A stretch of 64,000 nt of DNA from Thelocarpon superellum (lineage: Eukaryota), in contig JAPEUG010000046.1 in the NCBI GenBank assembly GCA_026025795.1, forward strand, positions 1-64,000. The letters are read 5' to 3'. Positions 48,109 through 61,487 of the stretch are shown piece after piece (the stretch's first letter is position 1; each line of letters starts with the position of its first letter). The notes below the pieces were generated by a model. That model saw only the letters and a list, made by a program, of their open reading frames with translations. It searched no databases and was not told the DNA's origin. Made by a program: the position numbers and the translations under genes.

Positions 48109-51100
48109 TCAGTTACTACATCCCGTTAGTGTCGCTCGAGGAATGTGACCTTGGGACGGGAAATGGGGAAGGGGAGGACGTACTATATCTCCAGCGGTGC
48201 CAGCTGGTCAATGCTATAAAGCCAATTCCCGCCCTGTTCTTCCTTGACAAGCCTGTGTGGTGATCCCCAGATCAGTTTCGGGGACAAATCGTTTGCTAGA
48301 GGGAAACCTCGGACGGAGGGACTCACCACTCATGAGGCCAAACGACCAGATTACCCTGCGTCAACTTCAACATCTCCTCGGCGTCGCCCATGTCGATGAT
48401 GTCGTCCGACGCGTGGAACTCCCGACGCGATGTGCGCGTCCCCGTTCGTCGACGTCGGCGTTGCGACGACGAATTCATGTTCGTGTTCGTGCCGTCCGAG
48501 TAGGCCCCTGATGCTGTCGACTGCCCGGTTTGGATCCGCTGAGCCTTTTCCGCGTCGATGGTGTCGTGAAGGTGTCCATTCCCATTTCCATTCCCGTCCC
48601 CGTCCCCGTCCCCGTTGGAGACAGGCGGCGAGGGGTCTTTGGTGAGTGCCTCTGGGGCGATGGTCGCGTCCTTCTCATTCAGCACCTCATCTGGCACCGC
48701 TTCGCTCTCCTGAACCTGTCGCTCCTTCTGGGCGCGCGTGGCATCGTCCGCCCAGTCCTGCACCCGCCCAAGGCCCGACTCGCCGCTCTTCTTGCCGAGC
48801 GTGAGATTCAGCGTCTTCTTGACGTCCTGTTCGGCCTCGGCCGCCTTCTCCCCAATCGGCCCCAGCATGCCCATCTTCTCACCCATGCTGCTCTGCCCCG
48901 GTGGCCCGCTCTTGCCCTGACTGTCCTGCTGCATGCGCGACTTGCTCCTCCCGCCCTGCGCTTGAGCAAACCGCTCGGCGTACGCCGCGTATTCCTTGTA
49001 CTCCTTCCACGTCTTGACCTCGCTATCCGGCATACATCGGAACACGTGTCGGTAGATCTTTGTGTTGTTCTCCGCGACCGCGTGCCACGTGTCCAGGTAG
49101 AAGGCATCATCCAGAGGATCCTTCATGCAGTCTCTGTCCACCATCGGCCGACGAAGATCCGTCAAGAACGGGTTGAGACGCTCGGCCGTGTCGGCCGAGA
49201 AGACGGGCGGGCCCCCAATGTCACTGTCGTCGCCGACAGGTAAGGCCGGTAGCTGCGACACCGTGGGTAGGCCATGCTCCATCGTGATGGATCGCGGCGC
49301 GGTGGGCGCGGTGGGTGTCGTCGTTGCCAATTGCGGCGTCGCGTCCGGGGCTGTCGTGGAAAGGTGGAGGTGCTTCGGAGCGTCGAGCGTGCCGTGCCCG
49401 TCGGGAGCGAGCGGGCTCACCAGCATCTCTTGGTTCTCCCTGACCACGGCCGAGTCTCGCCCCACGACCAGCCCTGCGCGCGCGGCATCGCGCAGGTGGT
49501 CGGCGCCGAGACCCTCAACGTCGGCCTGATGCTTTGCGTTGCCCGTGACGCGCACGTCTTCGGTCTGCTTGGTCCCAACGCGCGTCATGTTGGGGTTATT
49601 TGCCTCCTCCCAGTTGGCGTCGTGGTTGAAGCAGAAGATCTGCTCCGACTTGGCGAGGATCTCGTCCTGGGCCCGATGCTGCGACCGCAGCAGCCGTCGC
49701 TCCGTCTCCCGATCCGCCGAGCTCGAGTCGTGGTCCGTCGTCTCGGCGTCGTGCGTGGCCATGCGCCGTGCCGTCTGTGCCCAGGCGGCGTCGTGCTGCG
49801 CCAACGCCTCATGCCGCTCCTGCTCCATGATCTCGTCCACGTCCAAGCCGAGATGCTCGCGCATGAGACGCATGCGCAACGTGTGGGGGAAACGACCGAC
49901 CCGATAGGGCGCCCCGTTCATGCGGGACCAGATCATGTCGGCGTCGCGCACGATGGCGGCGCACTCGGAGTCGCGCACGCCCAGCATCGAGCGCTCGTTG
50001 ATGTTGGCCGACCCGATGATGGCGACGCGGTCGTCAACAACCATGCACTTGGCGTGGATATACAGCTGCTCCGTCACCAACGTCCTGCTCGGCCCGATCT
50101 TGCCCCACGTGCGCAGGCTGTAGAACTGAATGTAGTCCTCGGGCTCGATGTCTTGCGCTCGCAGCCGGCCAAAGACCGACGTCTCGCCGCGGCAGATGCT
50201 GCGGTATTGACACTGCATGATCAGCCGCACGCTGGTGCCGTCGGGGCTATCCACGGTATTCTGGAAGCCCGGCATCAGCGGGATGACGAGCACCGCGCGC
50301 CAGTCTTCACGCTGCCGACTTGCGCGCACGATGCGCTCCACCAATGCGTCGCCGACAGTGTTCTCGATGCGTGTGCCCTCGACCACGCAGCTGCTGATGA
50401 AGAATTGGTTCTCGATGTACACGAAATGTTCCGACTGCTCGATCGACTTGACGTAAGCATTCATGATGCTGTGCTCCGTCTTGTCCGGGGTGCCCATGGA
50501 CCACCAACAGCACGACCGTAGGATCTGCACCTCGCACGTCCCCTCCAGCCCCAGAGCCTCGAGGTCCGCCGGGTTGAAGTCGGGCGGCGGCAGAAGAAAG
50601 GGCGTGGGCCGCGTCGGGCTGCGCTGGCGCAGGATGAAGTTCCAGCGCTGCACAAAATGCCGCGTCAGGTCCCGCGCCGGCTGCCCGACGATCTGCATGG
50701 CGACGTCGTGCCAGGGCATGCGTGGCACCTTGGTGCGGTCGTACATCTCCTCGTAGGGCTTGTCCAGCGCGTAGAAGTCTTGCACGCGCGGGTTCGAGTA
50801 GTCCTTCCCCGGCCAGAGCTGGCAGTGGTCGGCATCCTTGGGCGCGTCCGAGGCCTCGAAGCCCGTCAGCTTGTCATCGGCTACCGAATGCTGCGGCGTG
50901 TCCCAGCGGCCAAAGCAGAGGTCGATGCCGCCGACAAAGGCGACGGTGTGGTCGACCACGCAGATCTTCTCGTGGTGGGCCCAGAAGAAGGTGTTTTGTC
51001 GGATCTGGTTGGGCGAGCGCTGGACGAAGACGTTCGGATGGAGGTCGAGGAGCGAGAATTTGGTGTAGCTCGAGTCGATGGGGATGGCGGAGTTGATGTT

Positions 51101-53683
51101 ACGGTAGACGATGACAAAGACCTTGACGCCCTCGTTGGCCTTACGCTGCAGTAGCCGGTCCAGCCGCCACTTCTGGCTGATGGCGGCGGGCCGGCGCATG
51201 TAGAGCTCGGGGCTCAGCCACCAGTCGTGGATGTAGATGACGTCGCGGGCCATGTTGATGGCCCGTGACACGTTCCACATGTAGTCGCGCCCGTCCACCA
51301 GCCACTGGGCGTGCACGCCGGTGCGGATCGGGGCGAAGCTGTCGAAGCGCTGGGCCTTGGACCAGATGGTGTTGGCGGTCATGAAGCCGATGGACTCTTC
51401 GAACTGATGCAGTTGCCGCTCGTTCTTGGCCAGGAGCTTGAACTTCCGCTCCGAATTGCGGATGCGTAGCAGGTGGTGCTGCGGGTGGGCTGCCGTGTTC
51501 TTGGCGCTGATGGCAAGATCCTTGGGCTTCTTGTCGCGCAAGCGCCGCTTTGTCGGCTCGAGCGCGAAATCGGGATCGACGAGTAGGACGTCGTAGATGT
51601 TCATCTCTTCGGGCGAGTCGACGCAGGCGATGTAGCTGTGTCGGACGAGGAACCATTTGGGCGAATGCCTCTTCTTGACGAGACTAGGATTCCAGCTGCG
51701 GCGGAAGTCGAGCCCCTTGGATGACTGAATGACCATGGAGCCCTCCTTCCCATGGTAGCCTCCTTCGGCGGCGAGACGCACGCCGAGCGCAGACAGCTCC
51801 AGGAACTTGCACAGGCGATTGCTGTCGGGCCGGAACATGAGGTGGCGGATGACCTGCTGCAGGTAAAGCTCAAGCTTCTTGCGCTGGCGCTCGACATACG
51901 TCTCCCGTCGACCAGCCGCGGCCGGGGCGGTGACGATGGCGGCGGTGACGCCGCCGGCCACGGGGGCCGCTCCATTGACCGCATCCTCCGGGCCAGCACC
52001 GAAGAAGCGGGAGCTACGTCCGCCCTTGGTCAAAGACGGGCGCCGCTTCTTCTTCCGCGGGGCTCGATCGGTACCGCTCGTGGCGGCGTCGGTGCCGCTG
52101 GGCCCCGTCTCGTCGTCGCCCATGCCGGTGCCATCACCGTCGTCCTCGTCATCGTCGCTGCCAAAGCCGCGGGCACCGCGAAGATAGGGAAAGGCGGTGC
52201 GGGGAAAGCGTGGAAACTTCTGCTTGAACAGGTCTTCGTGGCCGTACAGCTGCTTGTACTTCTCGCTCTTCGCCTGGAGCTTGTAGTGTAGGTGGAGGTT
52301 GGTGAAGTCACGCAGGGCACGGTGGATGACCCACTTCATCCGGGTCAAGCCGCTGCCGTACTCGAGCTCGATGCGGAAGATCTGATGACGGTCACCAGCG
52401 GAACGGCTGTCCGATTTCTTGCTGTCGGTTAGGCGCACCTTGAGCTGCTCGAGCAGGATGGGAATCCGTTTATGGCCCTTGTCGTCCCGCTGGAACATGC
52501 TGGCGACCATGAGCGCGGCCGGGGTGCCGGCAGCGAGTTCGGCGAGGAGTTCGGCTGACTTGGCGTGATCGACCTTGCTCTCTTCCTTGCGCCTCTGTCC
52601 CATGAGTTTGAGGCCGGCCTTGAGGGAGCGCCACTTCTGGGCGCTCAGAGTGGTGGTGCGACCGGCGCGTTGACGCCAAGGGGCTGGGGAGCCGGGCTGA
52701 TCGGCGTCGGCACCGGCGACGAAGCCCGTGAGGCGACGCAGATTGCTGGGGCGGCGGCCATCCGGAGTGCCCTGGGTGCGGGCAGCGTGAACCCACTCGC
52801 GTCCGCGGCGCCAGGGGCTCTCTCGCTCCAGACGCTGTCGACCTTCATCCTCGGAAAGGCCGGCGCGGCGGTTTTCAGGAATATCGGTCATGGTTGACCT
52901 CCTCACGGGCTGCCTGGGGGGTGTAGCGGCGGCGGCGGCGGCGGCGGTGCGGGTGGAAGGGACAACGCCGGTGGCACTCCGGTTCGTGAGTGTGGTGGTC
53001 AGGGGCTGGGTAAGGGAGGGGCCATTGATGGGCCTCCGGGTTGGCCTTCGACGCTTTGTGCCAATGCGACCGTTCTCCGACTCCTCCGTCGCGCTTTCCT
53101 CGGCATCCGCGTCGGCCTCGGAATCCTCGCCGTCCTCGTGGGATCCATCGAGATTGGCTGCGTCGTCTTGCTCGGCAGGTTGCGAGTCGTTCACACGGTC
53201 AATGGCGGGCCCACTTTGCGAGCGGGCATGACCATAGGATGTAGTTGGTCCAGCGAGCGCTTTGAGCTTGGAGAAGAGGGCGAAGGCTTTGCGTTCCTTG
53301 GTCGGGGTCTCGTCCTCGGGCTCCACGGGGTCAGCAATAGGCTGACCTTGGCTCCGATCCGTTGGCTCCACGGCCGAGGTAGGTCGGGCGAATTGAACGC
53401 TGCGTCGATTGGGAGGAGTCGATGTGCCACTGGATTGTGCGAGAGCTGGGGCCGCATCGGCAGGCCCAATTGGGATGGAGGCAGGTGGTAAGGGATCGAG
53501 CACACCATTGGACGTGGGATGTTCTCTGCCCTTGGGTGCTTCTGTAACTCCTCGGAGCGTACCCTCCCATCGATGTTCGGCCGACAAGGGCGGCTGAAAG
53601 TGTCGAACGTGTATATCGTCGATCGGCTGGAGATTGGATGAGGTGGGGTCTGTGCTGGCCGTGGCCATCCCATTGGCTTCCAT
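48109..53683 (-). CDS. PLD1: Phospholipase D1 (Spo14 type; PX, PH and two HKD domains)
   Basis: PX region (IFRIELEYG...WVIHRALRDF), PH region (KWFLVRHSY), HKD1 AHHEKICVVD, PRMPWHD and HKD2 YIHAKCMVVDD...GSANINERS. Two 3' introns leave a 7-nt final coding exon (48109-48115). The start codon is approximate. Confidence 0.96.
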
Positions 53684-56069
53684 GATGGCCGTGGGCGCGG
53701 GCACGGCGACCGGACTCCTTCTCGAGAGATGTCCCGATCCTTAGAATATTTGCCGTCAATGATGAGTAGGGCTTTTCGGCATAGTGACCACGATGTCCAT
53801 GGCGGTGGCGGCGCGGTCACTGTCCCTAGCCTGTCGAGAGTCGTTTCGTTCACCCTTGCGAGAGGTGTCGCCGCGTGGCTGTGCAATGGCCGATGCCTCA
53901 CAGAGCTGGAGGTAGAGCACGGACGGGGGGCATAGAGCGCAGCTTGAAAAGCAGCCAACTGAGGGTACGTAGGCCCGGTGACCGGACGTCAAGGGCGAGA
54001 TGTCGCCGGTCCGTCGGGGTTCAATTTGTACGGACTGATGGAGGATCGGCGGAAACGAGAGACGAGGAACGATGGCAACTAAGTTGATGTATGGTAGCAT
54101 ATGGGTATGGACGCCGGCCGTTGGATGGTAGCCAATGGGATTGCACTCCCAGACAGGTGCACTGACTCGTTGGTACCGAGGCGTAAGCGGCCCAAGACTG
54201 ATCCATACACCTCGTGCCAGCACCCGCGGGCTCTACCACAGAAGCTGGCCGGCCACCGTGCACGAGGTGTGTCTGTAGAGGTGGTAAACATTACTGAACG
54301 CGCCCAACTTCAAGCTCCATTTCGACTTTACTCCGCGTTCAATTCCAACCCGCTCGTTCTCCGTCCCAACATCCGTGGGAGGGGTTCATTTCGGTTACTA
54401 GATTCCACTCCTGTTCCCGGAACATCAATGAGATCCGAAGAGAACACCCCAATAATCAGTCCCATCTCAGAATGTGCGGATCGCAGAGCCCTGTGGCGGC
54501 TTCATATCGGCTCCGAGCCCCGCCCGCGATCAGCTGCTGGGTGTGCGTGTTGGGCTGAGTGCCAGACGGGCTGGTTTTGGCCGCGACCCTGGTTGGAGTG
54601 GCTGGTCACCCAAAAGAAGCACTCTGGTGCAAGGAAGACATCGACTACAGCACGTCTTGAAAGTAATGATGTCTGGATTTGGGCGTGATACCTCGAGTGA
54701 TCTTAGCACCAGAGGCAGTCGCTTCAGGGCGAGAAAATGGCGAGGAAGGACTCATGTAGACCACCGCCGTTGATCTCGAGCGATCAGGGACGAAGTGAGG
54801 TGGAATGTAACCGTCAGGCTTAGATGACACGGTAATATTGTCCTTTGGGTAGGCCGACAGCAGAGTCTCCGGCAGCGTTGCTGGATTCCGAGCAGGACGA
54901 GGAGTTACAACGCGACGCACATCTAAGGTACCGCCGGTCTCGACGCCCAATACTGGCAGTAGAAGCACAACGGGCTCGGTCGCTGGGTAGCGACGGGTGT
55001 TCCTGGACGAGGTAGAGGCGAGGAGGCACCTGTAAGAACGGGTTTTAGACCGGGAGCCGCTGAATTCGATAGGCGGGGGGGGATGTCATCGCGGGGCCGG
55101 AGTGCCGAAGCGTCCGCCTAAGCCTGAGTCGCTCTGTGACCATGATGGCGAGCTTTTCGCAGCCTCTGGAGAATGGTGGAGACACGTCGCGCCAGAGACG
55201 AGCTGCCTTTCTGCTCCTTTCTCTCCGCCACGTCAAGCGGTGGTAGGACAAAGTCTAGTAGACGCGATTGGGGGATGGCAACTCGGCAGGCCACTCTACC
55301 TCAAAGAAATCGTTCGTCATGAGGGAGCCTGTACTGATGGATCGATTAGAGCCTGAAGTGCGTCCTACACCAGCCCACTCGACCCGGCCCCGATCGCTCT
55401 TGGACCCCACAGCTTGATGCTGTTGCTGTGAATAATGCCCCACGGCCGTCAAATCTGTAGCACCAGCAGGGATCGCCAGCAAATGTGACCTTTGAGGCAA
55501 GCTGCCGCGCGACCAGTCGACACCGCGGCGGGGTTTGCCGTAAGGCGCTGCGTGAGTGGTCGGTGGGCAGAAGAACGCAGGGCGCAGCGGCTCGAAATTT
55601 CTCAGGATGCAGCCCTTCGAGACGCGATTCACGAGCCGGACTCGCACAGGTTGTATCTAACAGCATATGCTGTCCACGATGAATCACCCATTTGTTGATG
55701 AATGAAATGGTCTTCGAGTACTTGGACGGTTCTGCACTTCGGCTTTCGATTGGATTCCTCCAGGTGGATTCGTTGCACCCGATCGATCACCCAAACAGTT
55801 TATCAATTTCTAGACCGAATCACTAGTTCCAGCCGCAGGCCATGCGTGAGAAAATATGTATGCTTCAAGTGCCGAGCTTTCTGTCTTATGAAAATGAAGG
55901 AGGCACTTTCTGCGCCTGATTGGGCGTTGTGTTGGTGGGGCTGCGTTGCCTCGATTGTATCCTCCGCGTCGACGAGTCCGAACGTACAATACCGCACAGG
56001 ACCCAAATTATCGTTTGATCCGCCAATAGTACTGACCATCACCAGGTGTCGGTGCAAGCCATCATCCCG

Positions 56070-57195
56070 ATGGCGACTCTTAACCCCATTGCATGCGCCT
56101 TTGACCAACCCTCGGCGCACATCTCCCGGCACGAGTACGAGGTGGGCGGCATCTCGCTGACCGTTCATGGCCAAGATGAGCTCCTCCCATCCGTAGGGGA
56201 CGTAGTCTGTCTCTGGCTGCACCATCCACGGCTGCAGAACCAGAGCAGCATGAACCCCCTCGCCGCGCATGTCGTTACACGATGGAATGCGCAAACGGCG
56301 GCCCACGATCTGGGAGAGAAAGGCCGGGGTCTCGTGGCTGTCTCGTTCGACGCGCGAAATCATGGGGCCAGGGAAGTCTCACCACGAGCCAATCAGGCGT
56401 GGAGGGAGGGCAATGACGTGCATGCGCAGGATATGTATGCCATCTATCGTGCGTTCCCCTACCGTCCCTTGTCGAGACACTCTGGTTGATGACGCCCGCC
56501 AAGATGGAACGGTCGTGGACACTTCCTTTCTAATGGATCACCTGGAGTCCTATATCTTCCGCACCGGACGCCGTCGGCTGGTCGACCATCTGGTCTTGGG
56601 CGTCTCGCTAGGGGGCCACAGCGCCTGGCAGCTCGTGGTCAACGAGCCCCGCATCTCGGCGGCGGTCGTGGTCGTAGGGTGCTGCGACTACACCCGGCTG
56701 ATGCAGGATCGTGCAGCCAAGTCGCGGCTGCCCAGCTGGACCTCGACTGATCCACCTGGCGCCGCGTTCATCGGCTCCGGGGACTTCCCGCCGAGCTTGA
56801 TGCGGGCCGTGGCAAGACACGACCCAGCCGGACAGTTGACGCGGACCACCCCTGAGGACAGGTGGGCCGTGGCCCTTGAGGAGGACGAAGGTGGGGTGCA
56901 ACTGATGATTCGACGTTGTTTGGGCGACAAACGAATTCTCAACCTCGCGGGCGGGGCCGATAAGCTTGTGCCGTACGCCTGCTCTGCGCCGTTTCTGCGC
57001 CTGCTGCAGCAGTCGCACTCACGAACCCGCGCCCCACGCGAACTACGAGACCGCGTCTTTGAGGGCGTGGGACATGAGTTGACCGCTCCCATGCTCGACG
57101 AGGCTACGGCTTTCATCCTCGCCGCCGGAACAGGTCTGTGTGATACGTCTGTGGATGTGGCGTCGTCCGGCCGATCTCCACACTCAAGGATGTAG
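56070..57195 (+). CDS. Alpha/beta hydrolase, probably peroxisomal
   Basis: LHHPRL, VSFDARNHG, nucleophile elbow GVSLGG, GGADKLVP and GVGHE, ending in the PTS1-type tripeptide SRM. Intron 56449-56503. Confidence 0.88.
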
Positions 57196-58372
57196 TGCCG
57201 CCATGTACTCGTACTTCCCATCTAGAGCGACTCTGGAGGATGACCGGCATACCAAAGTACTACCTTGGTAAGCCATTGCAGCGTCCTCACCATCCGTAGG
57301 TCTTCATTTGCTTGTCAAGATACTTGCCGTGCTGCACAAGGAACAAATGCGTCGACGGGCACAGGCCCGTGGGCCTTGAACACCGATCCTCGTAGGCCAT
57401 CTACCGTGGGTTGACATTGGAATCTTGCGTCTTCGTTATTCAGGTGCATGTCGCGTAAGGCCCGCACGGGAACTCTACCGGCCGATCCTTGCCCCCGAAC
57501 ACGCGCAGCTTGCAGGACGGTCGTCGTTGCGTACGTTTGCACGCTGCGGGTCACAACTTTGACTGTGCTTTGCACTCTAATCGGCGGAGCCCGGCACGAG
57601 CACTTCGTACTCCAACCGGGGCCCAGGCGACTCCTCAGCCGCTTCCCTTGTGTCCCACGGTCGTCTATGCTGACTTGTCCCACCTTGCAGCCATGACTCC
57701 ACGATTCCACCTCCCCCACGGCCCCATCATGACCCGATGGTGCCAAGGCCTGCCCCCCGTCCTCATCATGCGTGATCGGTCTTCGGAGGGGTCCTTCGCA
57801 GTCGGCCCGCCCAGAAGGAGACTAAGACCTTTTGATCGGGACCGACCGTTTGCGTGGCTGCATCCGGAAGCCCCGAGGAATGATCGTTGCCCCGACACTA
57901 ACGAAGGATACGCTAAACGACGATCAAGCTGCATGGCCGGCGCCCATGTTCCTCGACCCATCGTAGCTGCCTGTGAATGATTCTATTCGCTGAAGCTCCA
58001 AGGGATCGTCGGGCTTATCAGAATATCGGTCCATCGCACCATCGCCCCATGCCGACCACCGCACCCTTCAGCGTCCATGCTGGTTGCACAGGTCCTCTTG
58101 CTGCAGGCCCGCACATGTTGTGACGGTCCCTTCAGGACGCTGTGTATGCCATGTCTCTCGCGTCCCGCATGTCCGAGTGTGGCGATACCCCACGTCCGGG
58201 TTCCCATTGACCCGGAGATTCTCTGTGGCCGGACGGCACTTGACCGTCCAACCTTCGTCTGAAGCAGCCGTGGACGGCGTCATACAAAGGATGGCTGCCC
58301 CCTCAGGGGTCGGGCTGGTGCGCTGCCCCTCATCCACGTGGGTCTCGTGTGCTGCTCCTCGCGTCCGCGGTC

Positions 58373-60057
58373 ATGCGTATTCTGTCATTCTTTCTCCTGG
58401 CCAGCCAGGTATGCCTTGGCCAGGCCGCGATTGGCGGCTCACGAAGCGGTCAACACGTGGGGAAACAGTTGCCCCAGGTGCGACGTGATGCGCCGTCGCC
58501 ATACGCGCCCAAGGCTGCCGTGATGCCCCGTGGGCCCCTGGTTCCGCGCGCTGCCGCAACGGAGGGTACATGTCTCTTCCACCGCCTGCAACGGCTTCAC
58601 GCTGACCCCCAACCTCTATAGCTTTCAAGGTGAACGGCACCAACATCCCCGACGTCGACTTCGACATTGGCGAATCCTACGCCGGCCTGTTACCTGTTTC
58701 GTCCAGCCCGAACGAGACGCGCCAGCTCTATTTCTGGTACTTTCCCTCGTCCAATCCAGCCGCGACGGACGAGATCACCATCTGGCTCAATGGCGGGCCG
58801 GGATGCAGCTCTCTGGAAGGGCTTCTGCAGGAGAACGGGCCGTTTCTATGGCAGGTTGGCACGTTCAAGCCCGTGGCCAACCCCTGGACCTGGACCAAGC
58901 TCACGAACATGATCTGGGTGGAGCAACCGGTGGGCACCGGCTTCTCCCAGGGCACGCCCGACGCCACGTCCGAAGCCGACGTGGCTGCGGAGTTCTTGGG
59001 CTTCTGGAAGAACTTCCTCGATACCTTTGGTCTCACGGACCGCAAGGTCTACATCACGGGCGAGTCGTATGCTGGCTACTACGTACCGTACATTGCCGAC
59101 GCCATGTTTGCCCGCGGCGATACGAAGTACCACGACGTGCGAGGCACGATGATCTACGACCCCAGCACAAGCACGAATGACCTTCAGGAGCAAGGTTCGT
59201 GATCCGCCAGGCACGAAGGGTCTTCGTCCCCATGCTGATCGCTTCTAGTGCCAGTGACGGCCTTTGTCGAGGCCAACGCCAACCTCTTCTCCCTCAACCA
59301 GAGTTTCATGACCGACATCCAGTGGCGGGCGAACAAGTGCGGCTACACCAAGTTTCTGGATGAGCAGCTTGTCTATCCTCCTACGGGCCTGCTGCCGACG
59401 CCGCCCAGCAGCAAGGCGCCGGGGTGTGACATCTGGGACGACGTGTTCGCTGCGGCGTCATTGATCAACCCCTGCTTTGACGTCTACCAGATCGCGACGA
59501 CGTGCCCGTTGCTGTTTGACCCCCTTGGCTTTCCCGGCAGCTTGCCCTATCTGCCTGACGGGGCCAGCATCTACTTCGACCGGGCGGACGTCAAGAAGGC
59601 CATCAATGCGCCAGAGGTGAAATGGACCGAGTGCACCAACACGAATGTCTTTGTCCACGGCCTCGACAAGAGCCCGCCCTCCGGCCTGAGCGTGCTGCCC
59701 GGAGTGATTGAGAAGAGCGAGCGCACGGTGATTGGACATGGCTTGCTTGACATGATCTTGATCGCCAACGGCACGCTGCTGATGATTCAGAACATGACGT
59801 GGCACAATGACCAGGGCTTCTCTCGCGAGCCGGCGTCGAACTTCTACGTTCCTTATCATAGCGCGGGACCGCTGTCGGGCTTGGCGGGAGCCGGGGTGTT
59901 TGGGACGACGCATACGGAGCGCAACCTGACGTGGGTGGCGGTCAGTCTGTCGGGACATATGATCCCGCAATATGCTCCCAGTGCCTCCTTCCGCATGTTG
60001 GAGTACCTGCTCGGGCGCATCGACGAACTCACGAGCACAGTCCCATTTACGGCCTGA
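58373..60057 (+). CDS. Secreted serine carboxypeptidase (family S10)
   Basis: Signal peptide, [20 protein letters not shown], catalytic GESYAG, GLLDMIL and SGHMIPQY. Two introns. Confidence 0.96.
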
Positions 60058-60336
60058 GGTGGAGGGGGAAATAGTAGACGCGTGGAGGGAGGATAATGGT
60101 TTAAGCTTGATGACCTAGCGTTCATCAATCGTGAGGTATTTGTGGGACCAATCGAGGATATTATCGTCGAGGACGAGTCGTGTGAGAGGTGGTAAGCGTT
60201 GGGTCCGTGCCGATGTCGGCAGTGGGATATCGAGGTTGAGAGGCTGCCCGGCTGCGCGGCGTCGGGCATGACGTTGTGTGGTAACGTACTTCGTACTATC
60301 GTTGGTGTCCGGGACGGGCTGGATGCATGTGAAGAA

Positions 60337-60363
60337 CTCGCTCTCGCTCTCGCTCTCGCTCTC
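60337..60363 (+). repeat. (CTCGCT)n hexanucleotide microsatellite
   Basis: ctcgctctcgctctcgctctcgctctc. Confidence 0.75.
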
Positions 60364-61487
60364 ACTCGCGAGGCGTGGCCCAAGTGCTGTCGCCACACCT
60401 CGTCACGAGAGGAAGTAAACGAGTCGGACGACTGGCAGCGGGCGGTGGCCTGGTCGAGTGAGGGTCTTTCTACGAATAGACCACTAGCGGTCAATGCAGG
60501 ACGGGAACTTCCTGGAACCGCTCGTCGGCGCCGGTCGCCGTCTCGGCAGGGCCAGGCGAAAGGCCGAGATCCTTCACTGTCCAGCTTGGGGATGTGGGCG
60601 AGCCCTCGGACAGATCGTGGAGATGGCGAGAGAGGCGTGAGACTCGGCTGCGGTTGGCAACCTGCTCCATTCGGATCTCGTCCGACACCACGTCCTCTTG
60701 ACGAGGCGTATCAACCGAGGAGGACACGGTCCACTCGGTGTCGTGACGACCTTCGTGACGAGCGGTCTATTCAGCTCTGACCAGCCCGGTCCCTCGGACC
60801 TAGGCGATGCCTGACCCCTGTGTCGCGAGGCATCGCAGGCCTGGGAGGCCCGTGAGGTCCACCAGATCCTGTTGGCGAGCCGGCGCCATGCCTGATGATC
60901 ACTGGCATCCCGAGCCTCTGGCTGACCCACCCTTTCACCTGCTTCATCACGACAGCTCGCCTACACAAGCCTTGGGACGCGGCGACGGACATTGCACCGT
61001 GACCCCCCGCACGCCCGAACGTTCCTTCCCTTCTCCGCATCTTCCGTGGCTGATCGATCCAGCGCGCGCCCTCATGTGCCCTTCCCACGCCCCCGGCCCC
61101 GCCGGCCGGCCCCGAGCAGTCGACACGACCCGATGTCATGTCATCGCCTGTCTCAGTCGGGCAGTTGATGAGATTGTGAGAGGGTCTGGATCGTGTTGCC
61201 AGCTTCCCTTGCCACGCACCGACCTCATAAGCTCCGATGGATCATCGCCGTCACCACCTCGGCTCAGGACGCCTCTGGGTATGGACGAGCTTGGCGTAAT
61301 AGTGAATGCATCCTTTTAAATGAGCTCGTCCGTTGCTGTGATGATGACCCAGCAGTCATCCCCACCTCTTTTTCTGCTGCTGTTTGTTCGTACCCCGTCC
61401 ATTCTGAGCGCCCACAGTTGATTCCTTCGCGTCGTTGCGCACGCTTTCCCTCCCGTCGCCGCATCCGCTGTGACAGTCCGTGACACG

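Noticed and set aside
54300..55700. Possible small gene or relic between PLD1 and the alpha/beta hydrolase
   Set aside because: Only short ORFs in conflicting frames, with no motif and no consistent splice model.
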